From an uncultured Nitrososphaerota archaeon (GTDB lineage: Archaea; Thermoproteota; Nitrososphaeria; Nitrososphaerales; Gagatemarchaeaceae), in assembly GCA_963703285.1 (NCBI GenBank), contig OY969807.1, positions 2,176,001-2,240,000 on the forward strand: a DNA stretch of 64,000 nt. The letters run 5' to 3'. Positions 10,544-21,299 of the stretch are shown piece after piece. Under the pieces are notes generated by a model that searched no databases, was not told where the DNA came from, and worked only from the letters and a program-made list of their open reading frames with translations. How positions within the stretch are numbered: position 1 is the first letter of the stretch; every line of letters begins with the position of its first letter. Position numbers and translations under genes: made by a program.

Positions 10544-13500
10544 GGCTCTTCAGGGGCGACCTCACGCACATCAGGACCGCCTCGCCCTCCTCGGCTGTCG
10601 TCAGGAAGGGCACCTGCATCTCCACCGCCTTCCTCCTGACCTTGAAGAGGTCCTTCCTCATCCTCGAGAGGTTCGTGCTGAGGGAGATGACGAACGAAGC
10701 CTTGCCTCCCGAGAGCATGGAGACCATCTCGTCGACGGTCGACGCCCTGACCGCGCCGGGCTCCAACCCTGCAGCGAACGATTCCGTGCTCGCGAGCACT
10801 ATCCCCGCCTCCCGGAACCCTTCGACGAGGGACCGCATCTTGTCCGGGTCGGACTTCTCGTCGGCGAGGATTATGCCCGTCTCGCCCTTCTGAGGTATCC
10901 TCAGCCCGGCGGCTATGAGAGCCCTGCTCATGGCCTCCGGGAGGGTGTCCCCGAAGCAGGCGACCTCCCCCGTCGAGCGCATCTCGACGCCCACCGTCGG
11001 CTCGGCGCCCGCCATCTGCATGAACGAGAACTGGGGCGCCTTTACCGCGAACCCCTTTGGCTCGGGCGCGTCCTTCATCCCGGTGAGCTTCCCCCCGAGG
11101 AGCACGGGAGCGACGAGCTCGATCAGGTTCATCCCCGTCGCCTTGGAGACGAAGGGCATCGACCTGGAGGCCCTTAGGTTGCACTCGATAACCTGGACGT
11201 CGTCCTTGACGACGAGATACTGGATGTTGAACGGCCCCTTCACGCCGAGCTCCCGGGCGATGGATCGGCTGTAGTCCCTCATCCTCTCCTTGGCGACCTC
11301 GCCCACGGATACCGTTGGGATCGTCATGATGGCGTCCCCCGAGTGGACGCCCGCGTTCTCGACGTGCTCCATTATCGCGCCGATGACCGTCGTCTCACCG
11401 TCCGAGATTCCGTCGACCTCGACCTCCTTCGCATCCTCGATGAACTTGCTGACCGTCACGGGATAGTTGGGGTTCACCTCCACCGCCTTGGCGAGGAAGG
11501 TGTCGAGTTCCCGGGACCCCCAGATGACCCTCATCGCTGACCCGCTGAGGACGTGCGAGGGCCTCACTATCACGGGATACCCGACCTTCTCGCAGAAGTC
11601 CCTGGCCTGCTTCGTGGACCTGAAGCTCCCCCACCTGGGCTGCGGGATCCCGAGCTTGTCGAGGAGGAAGCCGAACCTCTCCCTGTCCTCCGCCCGCTCG
11701 ATCGAGTCCGCCGTCGTCCCCAGGATGCTGATCCCGTTCTGATCGAGCTCGAGTGCGAGGTCGTTGGGGATCTGGCCCCCAACGCAGAGGACCAGGCCCA
11801 TCGGCCGCTCCCTCTCGTAGATCGCCAGGAGCCTCTCGACCGTGAGCTCCTCGAAGTAGAGCCTGTCGCTCATGTCGAAGTCCGTCGAGACCGTCTCGGG
11901 GTTGCAGTTGACCACCACGACCTCGTCGACGCCGTTCGCCTTCAGCGCCCAGGCCATGTTCATCGTCCCCCAGTCGAACTCGACCGAGCTTCCGATCCTG
12001 TAGGGGCCCGCTCCGAGGACGACCACCTTCTCAGCGCCGGTCGGCTTGGCCTCGTCGACCGCGCCGTTGTGCGTCATGTAGAGGTAGTTGGTGCGCGCGG
12101 GCCACTCCGCCGCGAGCGTGTCTATCACCTTGGTGAATGGTCTGATGTCCATCCGCTCCCTGAGGGACCTGGCGTGCTCCTCGTCCATGCCGACGGCCGC
12201 GGCTATCTGCTTGTCAGAGAACCCCAGCTTCTTCGCCTCCAGGATCAGCTCCGGGTCCCTCTCCACCCCGTCCTTCCCACTCCTCGTTATCCGGCCGTGC
12301 ATGTCCACGATGTTCTTCAGCTTGCTCACGAACCAGGGGTCGATCACGGACAGCCTGCTCACCTCGTCCTCCGGCAAGCCGACCATGAGCGCCTCGACCA
12401 CGTCGAAGATGATCTGGTCGGTCGGGTTCCTCAGCCTCTCCTTCAGGACGGCGGTGTCGTCGGTCTCGACGAAGCGCCTTATGGCGCCGTCGTACCTAAT
12501 GTTGAGCATCCTAGCGGCCTTCTGGACCGCCTCCTCGAAGTTCCTGCCTATCGCCATCACCTCTCCGATGGACTTCATGGCGGTCCCGATGTTCCTCGAG
12601 GCGCCCTCGAACTTCTTCGTGTCCCACCTCGGCATCTTGACGACCACGTAGTCGAGCGAGGGTTCGAAGAGCGCCGTCGTCACCCCAGTGACCTTGTTCT
12701 TCAGCTCGTCGAGCGAATACCCGAGGCAGAGCTTGGCCGCGATGTACGCGATCGGATACCCGGTGGCCTTCGAGGCGAGGGCCGAGGACCTCGAGAGCCT
12801 GGCGTTGATCTCGATGGCGTTGTACCTCTCCGAGTTGGGCTCGAGCGCGAACTGCATGTTGCACTCTCCGAGCACGCCGCACCTCGCCGCGGCCTTGAGC
12901 GAGAGCGACCGGAGCATGTGGTACTCCCTGTTGGTTATCGTCAGCGAGGGGGCGACCACTATGTTGTCCCCCGTGTGGACCCTCATGGAGAGGACGTTCT
13001 CCATGTTGCAGACGACCATGCTGTTCTCCTTCCTGTCCCTCATCACCTCGTACTCGATCTGCTTCCAGTGCCCGATGTACTCCTCGATGAGGACCTGGTG
13101 CGCGAGGCTCAGGTTGAGCCCCCGCTGGACGATGTCGGCCAGCTCCTTCTCGTTCCGGGCCACGCCCCCTCCCCTCCCGCCTAGCGTGTACGCGACCCTC
13201 ATGATGACCGGGTACCCTATCTCCTTGACTATCCTCCGGGCGTCTTCGAGCGAGTATGCCGGCTTGCTCCTCGGGACGGAGATCCCAACGTCCTGCATGG
13301 CCTCCTTGAATAGCTCCCTGTCCTCGGTGATGTCGATCCCCGAGATTGGCGTCCCCAGGACCCTCATGCCGTACTTCTCGAGGGTGCCCCTCCTGGCCAG
13401 GCCGACGCCGCAGTTCAGGGCGGTCTGCCCGCCGAACCCCAGCAAGATCGCGTCGGGCCTCTCCTTCTCTATCACCGCGGAGACGAAGTCTGGGTTGACG

Positions 13501-13706
13501 GGGAGGAAGTAGATCTTGTCCGCCATCCGCGGGTCGGTCTGGATGGTCGCGATGTTCGGGTTGACGAGCACGGAACGGACGCCCTCCTCCCTGAGGGCCT
13601 TGAGGCACTGGCTGCCGGAGTAGTCGAATTGGCGGCCGCTTTAGCGGCTCTCGCCGGCTTCTCCGATCTTGATTGCCCCGCTGCCCAGAACTATCGCTTT
13701 CTTCAC
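10536..13706 (-). CDS. carB: Carbamoyl-phosphate synthase large subunit, interrupted by a 21-nt candidate intron (13629-13649)
   Basis: N-terminus VKKAIVLGSGAIKIGEAGE|FDYSGSQCLKAL in frame with ORF 10536-13571; two ATP-grasp halves; GTG start overlaps the corrected carA stop (GTGA). Confidence 0.95.
13629..13649 (-). other. Candidate archaeal BHB/BHL-type mRNA intron in carB
   Basis: mRNA GGCG-AG^A-GCCGC-UAAA-GCGGC-CGCC-AA^U: 4-bp central helix, 3-nt bulge, 5-bp intron hairpin, in-frame UAA; excision gives GAG|UUC = E-F. Confidence 0.8.
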
Positions 13707-14873
13707 GCTCTCATGGTTCGAACTTTCTCACCTACCAACTTCCTGTCCTCCATGAGCGAGGCAAACCTGTCGAAGACGAACTCGCGCGTCGTAGGGGCCC
13801 GGTGAAGCCTCAGGGTGGAACTGGACCGTGATGCAGGGCTTGTTGAGGTGAATCAGCCCCTCGATGGACTTGTCGTCGGCGTTCACGAACCACGTCTTCA
13901 GGTCCGTCTTCGCGAGGCTCTCCCCGTCGACCGAGTACCCGTGGTTCTCGCTGGCCACGAACCCCTTGCCCGAGTCGAGGTCGACGATCGGCTTGTTCTG
14001 CCCCCTGTGACCGTACTTGAGCTTGTAGGTGGTTGCTCCCTGTGAGATCGCCACCAGCTGCTGCCCTAGGCAGATTCCCAGGGTCGGCATCCCCGATTCG
14101 ACGAGCCTCGCCGTCGTCGCTATGGTGTCCGAGCAGAGCACGGGGTCGCCCGGCCCGTTGCTGACGACGACGCCTGCCGGGTCGTGCCTCATCACGTCGG
14201 CGTAGGAGTAGTCGTACGGGGCCCTGACGACGCTGTATCCCCTGAGGAGGAGGTTGCGTATTATGCTCAGCTTCGTCCCGCAGTCCAGCAGGACGACCCT
14301 CCTCTCCGAGTCCCCGTAGACCTGGGCCCTCCTCGGGGAGACCTTCCTCACGAAATCGATAGAGCCGTACTTCGTCGACTGCTTAAGGAGCCTCATCAGC
14401 TCTGCCTTCGAGGAGAGCTCCACGCCGTTTGCCAGGACACCCATCATGACCCCCCTCTCCCTCAGCTTCGTGACGAGGGCCCGCGTGTCGATATCGCTAA
14501 TCCCCGGGATCCCCTCGCTGCGCATCCACTCCGAGATGTTGCGCTTCGAGTCCCAGTGGTTCGGGCGTTCGCAGTACTCCTGGACCACTATCCCGCTGAC
14601 CTTGATCGATTCCGATTCGAACTGCCTCGGCATGCCCATGAGGTCGAGGTCCTTCATGCTCGGGACGCCATAGTTTCCTATCAGCGGAAATGTGAACGTC
14701 AGGACCTGGCCCGCGTAGGAAGGGTCGGTCATCGACTCCGGATATCCGACCATCCCCGTGGTGAAGACAACCTCCGCGACACTCGTCGTCTCTGCCCCGA
14801 ACCCCCTCCCGAGGAAGAGTGAGCCATCCTCGAGAAGAAGGACGGCCGGGTTGCTCCCCTCAGTTTTGTCCAT
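13703..14873 (-). CDS. carA: Carbamoyl-phosphate synthase small subunit (apparent +1 error near 13784)
   Basis: GEVVF-like AEVVFTTGMVGY, SNGPGDP, GICLG, QFHPEASPGP. Confidence 0.96.
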
Positions 14874-14896
14874 AGGGTCTCTTAAAGAATATGGGC

Positions 14897-15598
14897 TCAG
14901 GCCCTTGTCTTTTTAAACGCTTTGACGGTTTCCGCGTCTTCGCGCAGCCTGTCGCTGTTCGCGAGACGCTTCCGCTCCTCAGTGATGAGGTCCGTCAGCG
15001 CTGTGAAGGCCTTCCCGACCTCCTTCATCTTCACCACTATGATGGTGTCCGTGTGGCAGCTCACGGTGTCCTCGATGTTGACGTGCCGCCTGGCTATCTG
15101 GTTGTAGAAGTTGATTATCGTCCCCGGGGTCGTCCTTATCGTGATGGGGCTCTGGACGATGATGGCTGCATAGTCGTCCCCCTCCTCAAGGATCACAGAG
15201 TCCGGGAGCCTCTCCCTGATGCGGCTGTGCAGCTTCTGGTCGAAGATGAGCGTGATCGAGGAGATGCTCTCGGAGACGTGGAGGAAATCGTGCTGGTAGG
15301 TGGCCAGCATCCCGCTGACGGCCTCGAGCGTCTTCCGCGTCTTCTCGACCGAGATCTTGGAGACGTGTGTCCTCACGTTCACCACGCTCTCCGCGATCAC
15401 CGTCCTGATCTCCTCGGACGCTGCCGTGTAGACCCCCCGGAGCCTCTTCAGCGACGTTATGATGCTCTCCAGGTTGACCTCCCTCCCCAGCTTCTCTGAT
15501 ATCCTCGGCTGCATCATCCTCGCGACCGCGCTTATGTTCGCGTAGTCCCTCGCCAGGGCGTCCTGCAGCGAGAGGTCGTAGTCAATCTCGTCCCTCAC
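14897..15598 (-). CDS. ACT-domain-containing putative amino-acid-sensing regulator (start uncertain)
   Basis: N-terminal ANISAVAR helix motif plus C-terminal ACT-like TPG...INIEDTVSCHTDTIIVV; lies between argG and carA. Confidence 0.7.
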   Translation of the reverse strand: MRDEIDYDLSLQDALARDYANISAVARMMQPRISEKLGREVNLESIITSLKRLRGVYTAASEEIRTVIAESVVNVRTHVSKISVEKTRKTLEAVSGMLATYQHDFLHVSESISSITLIFDQKLHSRIRERLPDSVILEEGDDYAAIIVQSPITIRTTPGTIINFYNQIARRHVNIEDTVSCHTDTIIVVKMKEVGKAFTALTDLITEERKRLANSDRLREDAETVKAFKKTRA

Positions 15599-15706
15599 CG
15601 CCGCTACTATCCCTCCCGGGATGACCGATTTCGTAACACTCGACCCCTAAACTGGGTCCATTATGGCCAAAATCTATAAAAACGTTTCATTCAGGGTCAA
15701 AAAACC

Positions 15707-16936
15707 TTGAGAGAGAAGATAGTCCTCGCCTACTCCGGCGGGCTCGACACGTCGGTGATCATCCGCTGGCTTCAGGAGAAGTACGACGCGGAGGTGATCA
15801 CGCTGACGCTCGACCTAGGCCAGAAGGAGGACTTCAGGGAGATAGCGGCTAGGTCGAAGGCCGCAGGCGCCGCGAAGCACTACCAGCTGGACGTCAAGGA
15901 GGAGTTCGTCAGGGACTACGTCATCCCCTCCATTCGCGCCAACGGGATGTACGAGGGCAAGTACCCTCTCGCGACCGCGCTGGGGCGGCCGCTGATCGCC
16001 ACCAAGCTCGTCGAGGTCGCCGAGAAGGAGGGCGCGACCGCCGTCGCGCACGGTTGCACCGGCAAGGGCAACGACCAGGTGAGGATGGACGTCACCGTCA
16101 GGTCGCTGAACCCGTCCCTCCGGGTCATCGCTCCGGTGAGGGAGTGGAACATGTCCAGGGACGAGGAGCTGGTCTACGCGAGGAAGCACAAGATACCCAT
16201 CAAGCCGTCAAATTCGATCTTCAGCATCGACCAGAACCTCTGGGGACGGTCCATAGAGAGCGGACCGATGGAGGACCTCGCCACCGAGCCCCCGGCCAGC
16301 GCCTTCGAATGGGTGACGCAGCCCAAGGACGCCCCCGACTCCCCCGGCTACATCGAGCTGGGCTTCGTGGGAGGCGCGCCGCGCACGGTCAACGGTGTGG
16401 AGAAGGGAAGCCTCGCCCTCATCAGGCACGTGAACGAGTTCGCCGGGCGGCACGGCGTCGGGATAATCGACCACATCGAAGACAGGCTGGTCGGGATAAA
16501 ATCGCGCGAGGTCTACGAGGCCCCCGCCGCGGTCTCGATAATCGAGGCCCACAGGGACCTCGAGCAGCTGGTGCTGACGAGGCACGAGCTCGCCTTCAAG
16601 GCCGGCGTGGAGAGAGAGTGGTCCTGGCTGGTCTACTCGGGGCTCTGGATGGAGCCCCTGCGCCACGCCCTCGACGCTTTCATCGAAGCGACCCAGAAGC
16701 GGGTCACGGGGAGCATACGCCTGAAGCTCTACAAGGGCGGGCTCCGGGTAGTCGGAAGATCGTCCCCCAAGTCGCTCTACGACGTCAGGCTGTCAACCTA
16801 CCACAAGGGGTCCACCTTCGACCAGAGCTCTGCCGTCGGCTTCATCGAGCTGTGGGGTCTCCAGTCACGCATTGCGGCGAGGATGGCGTCCAAGGCCACG
16901 AGAAGTAGAAATGCCGAACATACTAAGGGGAAGTAG
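15707..16936 (+). CDS. argG: Argininosuccinate synthase
   Basis: AYSGGLDTS, HGCTGKGNDQVR, KSREVYEAP. Confidence 0.98.
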   Translation: MREKIVLAYSGGLDTSVIIRWLQEKYDAEVITLTLDLGQKEDFREIAARSKAAGAAKHYQLDVKEEFVRDYVIPSIRANGMYEGKYPLATALGRPLIATKLVEVAEKEGATAVAHGCTGKGNDQVRMDVTVRSLNPSLRVIAPVREWNMSRDEELVYARKHKIPIKPSNSIFSIDQNLWGRSIESGPMEDLATEPPASAFEWVTQPKDAPDSPGYIELGFVGGAPRTVNGVEKGSLALIRHVNEFAGRHGVGIIDHIEDRLVGIKSREVYEAPAAVSIIEAHRDLEQLVLTRHELAFKAGVEREWSWLVYSGLWMEPLRHALDAFIEATQKRVTGSIRLKLYKGGLRVVGRSSPKSLYDVRLSTYHKGSTFDQSSAVGFIELWGLQSRIAARMASKATRSRNAEHTKGK

Positions 16937-18398
16937 GGTCAAGCGCTCGAGCAAGAGAGCGAACGACTTCATCTCCTCGATAGCCTTCGACGGCCCCATC
17001 TCAAGGCACGTGGTCTCGATAAGCATCGCTCACGTGATCGCACTTCGCAGGTCGAAGGAGGTGAGCCCGGAGGTCGCCTCCGCGTTGCTCGGGTTCCTCT
17101 CCCGGCTCCCGGAGGGCCCCGCCCTGGACGCGGAGACGGAGGACGTCCACCACATGCTCGAGCAGGAGGCGATAAGGTCGATAGGGATCGAGAAGGCGGG
17201 CTACCTCAACCTAGGGAAGAGCAGGAACGACCAGGTGGCGACCGCGCTCCGGATGGAGACGAGGGAGCGGTTGCTCGCGCTCTCCGCCTCCCTCTGCAGC
17301 GTCCAGGAATCCCTGGTCCGGTTGATCCGCGGGTCGGGAAGGCTCCTGATGCCGGGCTACACCCACCTCCAGCACGCCCAGCCCATCACGCTCGCCCACC
17401 ACCTGCAGGGATACTTCGAGGCCCTGCAGCGGGACGTAGAGCGTGCCCAGCAGACATTTCGCCGCGTGAACCTCTCGCCCATGGGGGCGGCCGCCCTCGC
17501 TGGGACCTCAGTCCTCCTCGACAGGGACTACGTCGCTTCCTTGCTCGGTTTCGAGGGTCTAGCCGAGAACGCGATGGACGCGGTCTCATCGAGGGACTTC
17601 GCCCTCGAGACGGTCGCCGTCTCGGCCATCGCCATGGTCGACCTCAGCCGGATCGCCGAGGAGGTTGTGCTCTGGTCCTCGTCCGAGTTCGGGTTCGCCG
17701 AGGTCGCCGACGAGTACAGCGCCACCAGCAGCATCATGCCCCAGAAGAAGAATCCGGTGGTCGCGGAGACCATAAGGGCCAAGTGCGGATCGGTGATAGG
17801 CGAGCTCGCCGCGTCGTTCGCGATAACCAAGGCCCTACCGAACTCCTACAACCTCGACCTTCAGGAGGTGACGCCACACCTCTGGAGGGCGCTTGACGCC
17901 GCTGTCGACTCGGCTACACTGATGGGAGAGATGCTCTCGTCGCTCCGGTTCGATTCCGCCAGGCTCGCGGGTTCGGTGCGGGGGGACATGTCGACGGCGA
18001 CGGAGCTCGCGAACTACCTCGTCAGGGAGCACCAGGTCCCCTTCCGGCAGGCGCATGCGGTGGTGGGCGAGCTCGTGAGGAAGTCCATCGAGAAGGGCTC
18101 CCCGCTGGAGGCGACGGTCGAGGCCTACCTTCCCGCGGTCTCGTCAAGGGTCGTCGGCCGGACGCTAAAGATTGATAAATCCCGGCTCCGGAGCGTGCTC
18201 GATGCACTCAAAACCCTGGAGTTGACGCGCACCGCAGGCGGGGCGAACCCGCGTTCTATCCCTGGCCTGCTCCACAAGGACTCCATCACAGTCAAGAACA
18301 ACCTCTCCTGGATAACGCAGACGAAGAGTCTCCTGAGCGAGGCAGCCGAGCGACTGAGGGAACTGGCGGGCAAGAAACAAGTCGAGGTGAGAAGATGA
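16911..18398 (+). CDS. argH: Argininosuccinate lyase
   Basis: GKSRNDQV, MPGYTHLQHAQP, SSIMPQKKNP. Confidence 0.96.
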   Translation: MPNILRGSRVKRSSKRANDFISSIAFDGPISRHVVSISIAHVIALRRSKEVSPEVASALLGFLSRLPEGPALDAETEDVHHMLEQEAIRSIGIEKAGYLNLGKSRNDQVATALRMETRERLLALSASLCSVQESLVRLIRGSGRLLMPGYTHLQHAQPITLAHHLQGYFEALQRDVERAQQTFRRVNLSPMGAAALAGTSVLLDRDYVASLLGFEGLAENAMDAVSSRDFALETVAVSAIAMVDLSRIAEEVVLWSSSEFGFAEVADEYSATSSIMPQKKNPVVAETIRAKCGSVIGELAASFAITKALPNSYNLDLQEVTPHLWRALDAAVDSATLMGEMLSSLRFDSARLAGSVRGDMSTATELANYLVREHQVPFRQAHAVVGELVRKSIEKGSPLEATVEAYLPAVSSRVVGRTLKIDKSRLRSVLDALKTLELTRTAGGANPRSIPGLLHKDSITVKNNLSWITQTKSLLSEAAERLRELAGKKQVEVRR

Positions 18399-18568
18399 TA
18401 GCAAAGTGCGAAGAATGTGACGCAGACATAACCATCCCCGAGGACGCCATCGTCGGCGAGATAGTCCAGTGCAAGGAATGTAGCGCCGAGTACGAGGTTG
18501 GGTCGGTGGGCGACGGGAAAGTCACGCTCAAGGAGGCAGAGGTCGCCGAGGAGGACTGGGGCGAGTAG
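18395..18568 (+). CDS. lysW: Amino-group carrier protein LysW (57 aa; not in ORF track)
   Basis: MIAKCEECD...QCKECS...EEDWGE: two CxxC and the C-terminal EDWGE. Confidence 0.96.
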   Translation: MIAKCEECDADITIPEDAIVGEIVQCKECSAEYEVGSVGDGKVTLKEAEVAEEDWGE

Positions 18569-19423
18569 TTGAAGATCACCATCCTCTACGACAGGATAAG
18601 GGGCGAGGAGAAGTGGCTAGCCACTGAGGCCAGGAAGGCGGGGTGCACAGCGGAGCTGGTGGACGGGAGGACGCTGTCGTTCGAGCTCACCGACGGGGCC
18701 GCGAAGAGCCCCTTCGGTGACGTCGTCCTTCAGCGCTGCATCAGCTACTACCGCTCCCTCTTCCTGACAAAGATCCTGGAGAACTTCGGCGCGCGGGTAA
18801 TCAACACCTCGAAGGTCTCCGAGGTCTGCGGGAACAAGATGGTCTCCTCCATGGTCCTTGCCAAGGCAGGGGTCCCGACCCCCCGGACCTACGTCGCCCT
18901 ATCCTCCGAGGCCGTCGGGGAGACGGCGAAGCTCCTCGGCTACCCCATCGTCCTCAAGCCTTTCGTCGGGAGCTGGGGCCGGATGATAAGCGTCGCCAGG
19001 GACGCGCAGGCCCTGGACACAATCGTCGAACTGAGGGAGGTTATACCGAACCCGCTCGAGCACATGTACTACCTCCAGGATTTCATAGAGAGGCCGCCCC
19101 GCGACATAAGGGCGATAGTCGCCGGCGAGGAGATAATCGCGACCGTCTACAGGAACGCCTCCGAGAACGAGTGGAGGACCAACGTTGCCCGCGGCGCCAC
19201 CACCACCGCCTTCAAGCCGGACAGAGAGCTCACGGAGATAGTCCACAAGGCGGCCCACGCCGTGGGGGGCGGGATTCTCGGGGTGGACGTGATGGAGTCG
19301 AAGGAGGGGTACGTCGTCCACGAGGTCAACAACACCGTGGAGTTCAAGGGCGCCCAGGCGGCGTCGAAGACGAGGATCGCCAAGAAGATGATCGATTTCG
19401 TCGTGAGGAGCGCGAAGCGATAG
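18569..19423 (+). CDS. argX: Glutamate--LysW ligase ArgX (RimK/ATP-grasp)
   Basis: KPFVGSWGR, RDIR, WRTNVARG, EVN; follows argH-lysW. Confidence 0.8.
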   Translation: MKITILYDRIRGEEKWLATEARKAGCTAELVDGRTLSFELTDGAAKSPFGDVVLQRCISYYRSLFLTKILENFGARVINTSKVSEVCGNKMVSSMVLAKAGVPTPRTYVALSSEAVGETAKLLGYPIVLKPFVGSWGRMISVARDAQALDTIVELREVIPNPLEHMYYLQDFIERPPRDIRAIVAGEEIIATVYRNASENEWRTNVARGATTTAFKPDRELTEIVHKAAHAVGGGILGVDVMESKEGYVVHEVNNTVEFKGAQAASKTRIAKKMIDFVVRSAKR

Positions 19424-20485
19424 ATGGTCCGGGTCGGAGTCGTCGGAGCGTCGGGCTACGCTGGCGGAGAGCTCGTCAGGATCCTCCTCGGGCACGGTAA
19501 GGTGGACCTCGCCTTCGCGACCTCCAGGAAGAACGCCGGGGAGTACCTGTTCCGTGTCCATCCAAACCTCAGGGGGATTACGGAGATGCAGTTCATCGAC
19601 AACGACTTCTCGAAGATGACCGCGATGGCCGACGTCGTGCTTACGGCGCTGCCCCACGGCCAGTCTCTGGACCTCATCTCTCAGCTCGCGGCCTCGGGCC
19701 TCAAGGTCGTCGACCTGAGCGCCGACTTCCGGCTCAAGGATCCAGCTGCCTACGAGACCTGGTACGGCTTCAAGCACCCCAACCCCGACCTCCTCGCGAA
19801 GTTCGTCTACGCGGTCCCCGAGCTTAACGGGGAGGAGATCGCGAAGGCGAGCCTAGCCTCCTCGCCCGGGTGCATGGCGATAACCTCGATCCTGGCGATG
19901 GCCCCTCTCTTCAAGCAGCGCGAGCTCCGCGTCGACAGGGAGCACGTCGTCGTCGACGCCAAGATTGCCTCGTCAGGAGCTGGAGGGAAGCCTTCCCTCT
20001 CCACGCACTTCTCGGAGCGGTACGGCGTGGTGCGCCCCTACAAACCCGCAGGCCACCGACACACCGCGGAGATCGAGCAGGAGCTGTCGTGGTTGGGCGA
20101 GGGGAGGGTGACCGTGTCCATGTCTGCGCACGCGATCAACATGGTCAGGGGCATCCTCTCGACGTGCCATGTCTTCTACGAAGGGGAGGTACAGAACACC
20201 GCTATCTGGAAGATGTACCGCTCCCTCTATGGCGGCAAGCCGTTCGTGCGAGTCATCAAGGACAGGAAGGGACCGTTCCGGCTCCCCGACCCGAAGGTTG
20301 TCATAGGATCCAACTTCTGCGACGTCGGGTTCGAGCTCGACGAGCGCGGCCACAGGATCGTGGCCATCGGGGCGATTGACAACCTCCTGAAGGGGGCCGC
20401 AGGCAACGCCGTCCAGGTGATGAACCTGATGCTCGGCCTCGACGAGAGACAGGGGATCAGCGCCGCCCCCCTCCACCCCGTGTGA
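19424..20485 (+). CDS. lysY: LysW-aminoadipyl/glutamyl-phosphate reductase (LysY/ArgC)
   Basis: GASGYAG, SPGC, SSGAG, DNLLKGAAGNAVQ. Confidence 0.93.
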   Translation: MVRVGVVGASGYAGGELVRILLGHGKVDLAFATSRKNAGEYLFRVHPNLRGITEMQFIDNDFSKMTAMADVVLTALPHGQSLDLISQLAASGLKVVDLSADFRLKDPAAYETWYGFKHPNPDLLAKFVYAVPELNGEEIAKASLASSPGCMAITSILAMAPLFKQRELRVDREHVVVDAKIASSGAGGKPSLSTHFSERYGVVRPYKPAGHRHTAEIEQELSWLGEGRVTVSMSAHAINMVRGILSTCHVFYEGEVQNTAIWKMYRSLYGGKPFVRVIKDRKGPFRLPDPKVVIGSNFCDVGFELDERGHRIVAIGAIDNLLKGAAGNAVQVMNLMLGLDERQGISAAPLHPV

Positions 20486-20490
20486 TTCGA

Positions 20491-21299
20491 TTGAGGATCG
20501 TGATCAAGCTCGGGGGCGACATGGTGAAGGGCCAGTTCCCCGCGGGCCTGCTGGCGGACCTCAAGAAGCTCGGCCCGGCTCACCAGCTGATCCTCGTCCA
20601 CGGAGGAGGCGACGTCGTCACCGAGATTGCTACGAAGCTCGGGAAGGAGCAGAGGTTCGTCGTCTCTCCCGACGGCATCAGATCCCGCTACACCGACAGG
20701 GAGACGATGGACATCTTCACGATGGTCATGTGCGGCCTCATCGCCAAGAAGCTCGTGGAGACACTCTCGACCAACGGGATCAGGGCGGTCTCCCTCTCGG
20801 GGCTCGACGGGGGAATTCTCAGGGCCACGAGGAAGAAGAAGCTCCTCATAGTCGACGAGCGCGGGAGAAAGGTCGTGATAGACGGCGGCTACACCGGTAG
20901 GATGCAGTCTGCGGACGGGACCGTCCTGGACGCGCTGCTCGAGAGAGGGTTCGTCCCCCTCGTCTCGCCCATCGCGATGGGCGACGACTCCGAGCCTCTC
21001 AACGTGGACTCCGACAGGGCCGCCGCCTACGTCGCGATGGGGCGCGGGCGGACGCCGTACTCTTCCTCACCGACGTGAAGGGGCTGAAGCTCGACGGGAA
21101 CGTCGTCGGGAGCATGACGATAGACGAGGCCAGGATCTCGATGCCGAGGATAGGGTACGGGATGCAGAAGAAGATCCTGGCAGGAATCGAGGCGATGGAG
21201 GGTGGTGTGAATGAGGTGATAGTGGCCTCGGGGTTCGGTCCCTCTCCCCTCTCGGCGGCGATGGCTCACGAAGAGTGCACGGTGATTACTTCGAGATGA
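20491..21299 (+). CDS. lysZ: LysW-aminoadipate/glutamate kinase (LysZ/ArgB; apparent -1 error near 21040)
   Basis: VIKLGG, VHGGG, SRYTD, LNVDSDRAA; C-terminus GMQKKI in the next frame. Confidence 0.9.

Noticed and set aside
13641-13643. In-frame TAA in carB as stop-codon readthrough or recoding
   Set aside because: Readthrough would leave 7 extra residues inside the conserved GEFDYSG motif; precise 21-nt excision explains the sequence better.
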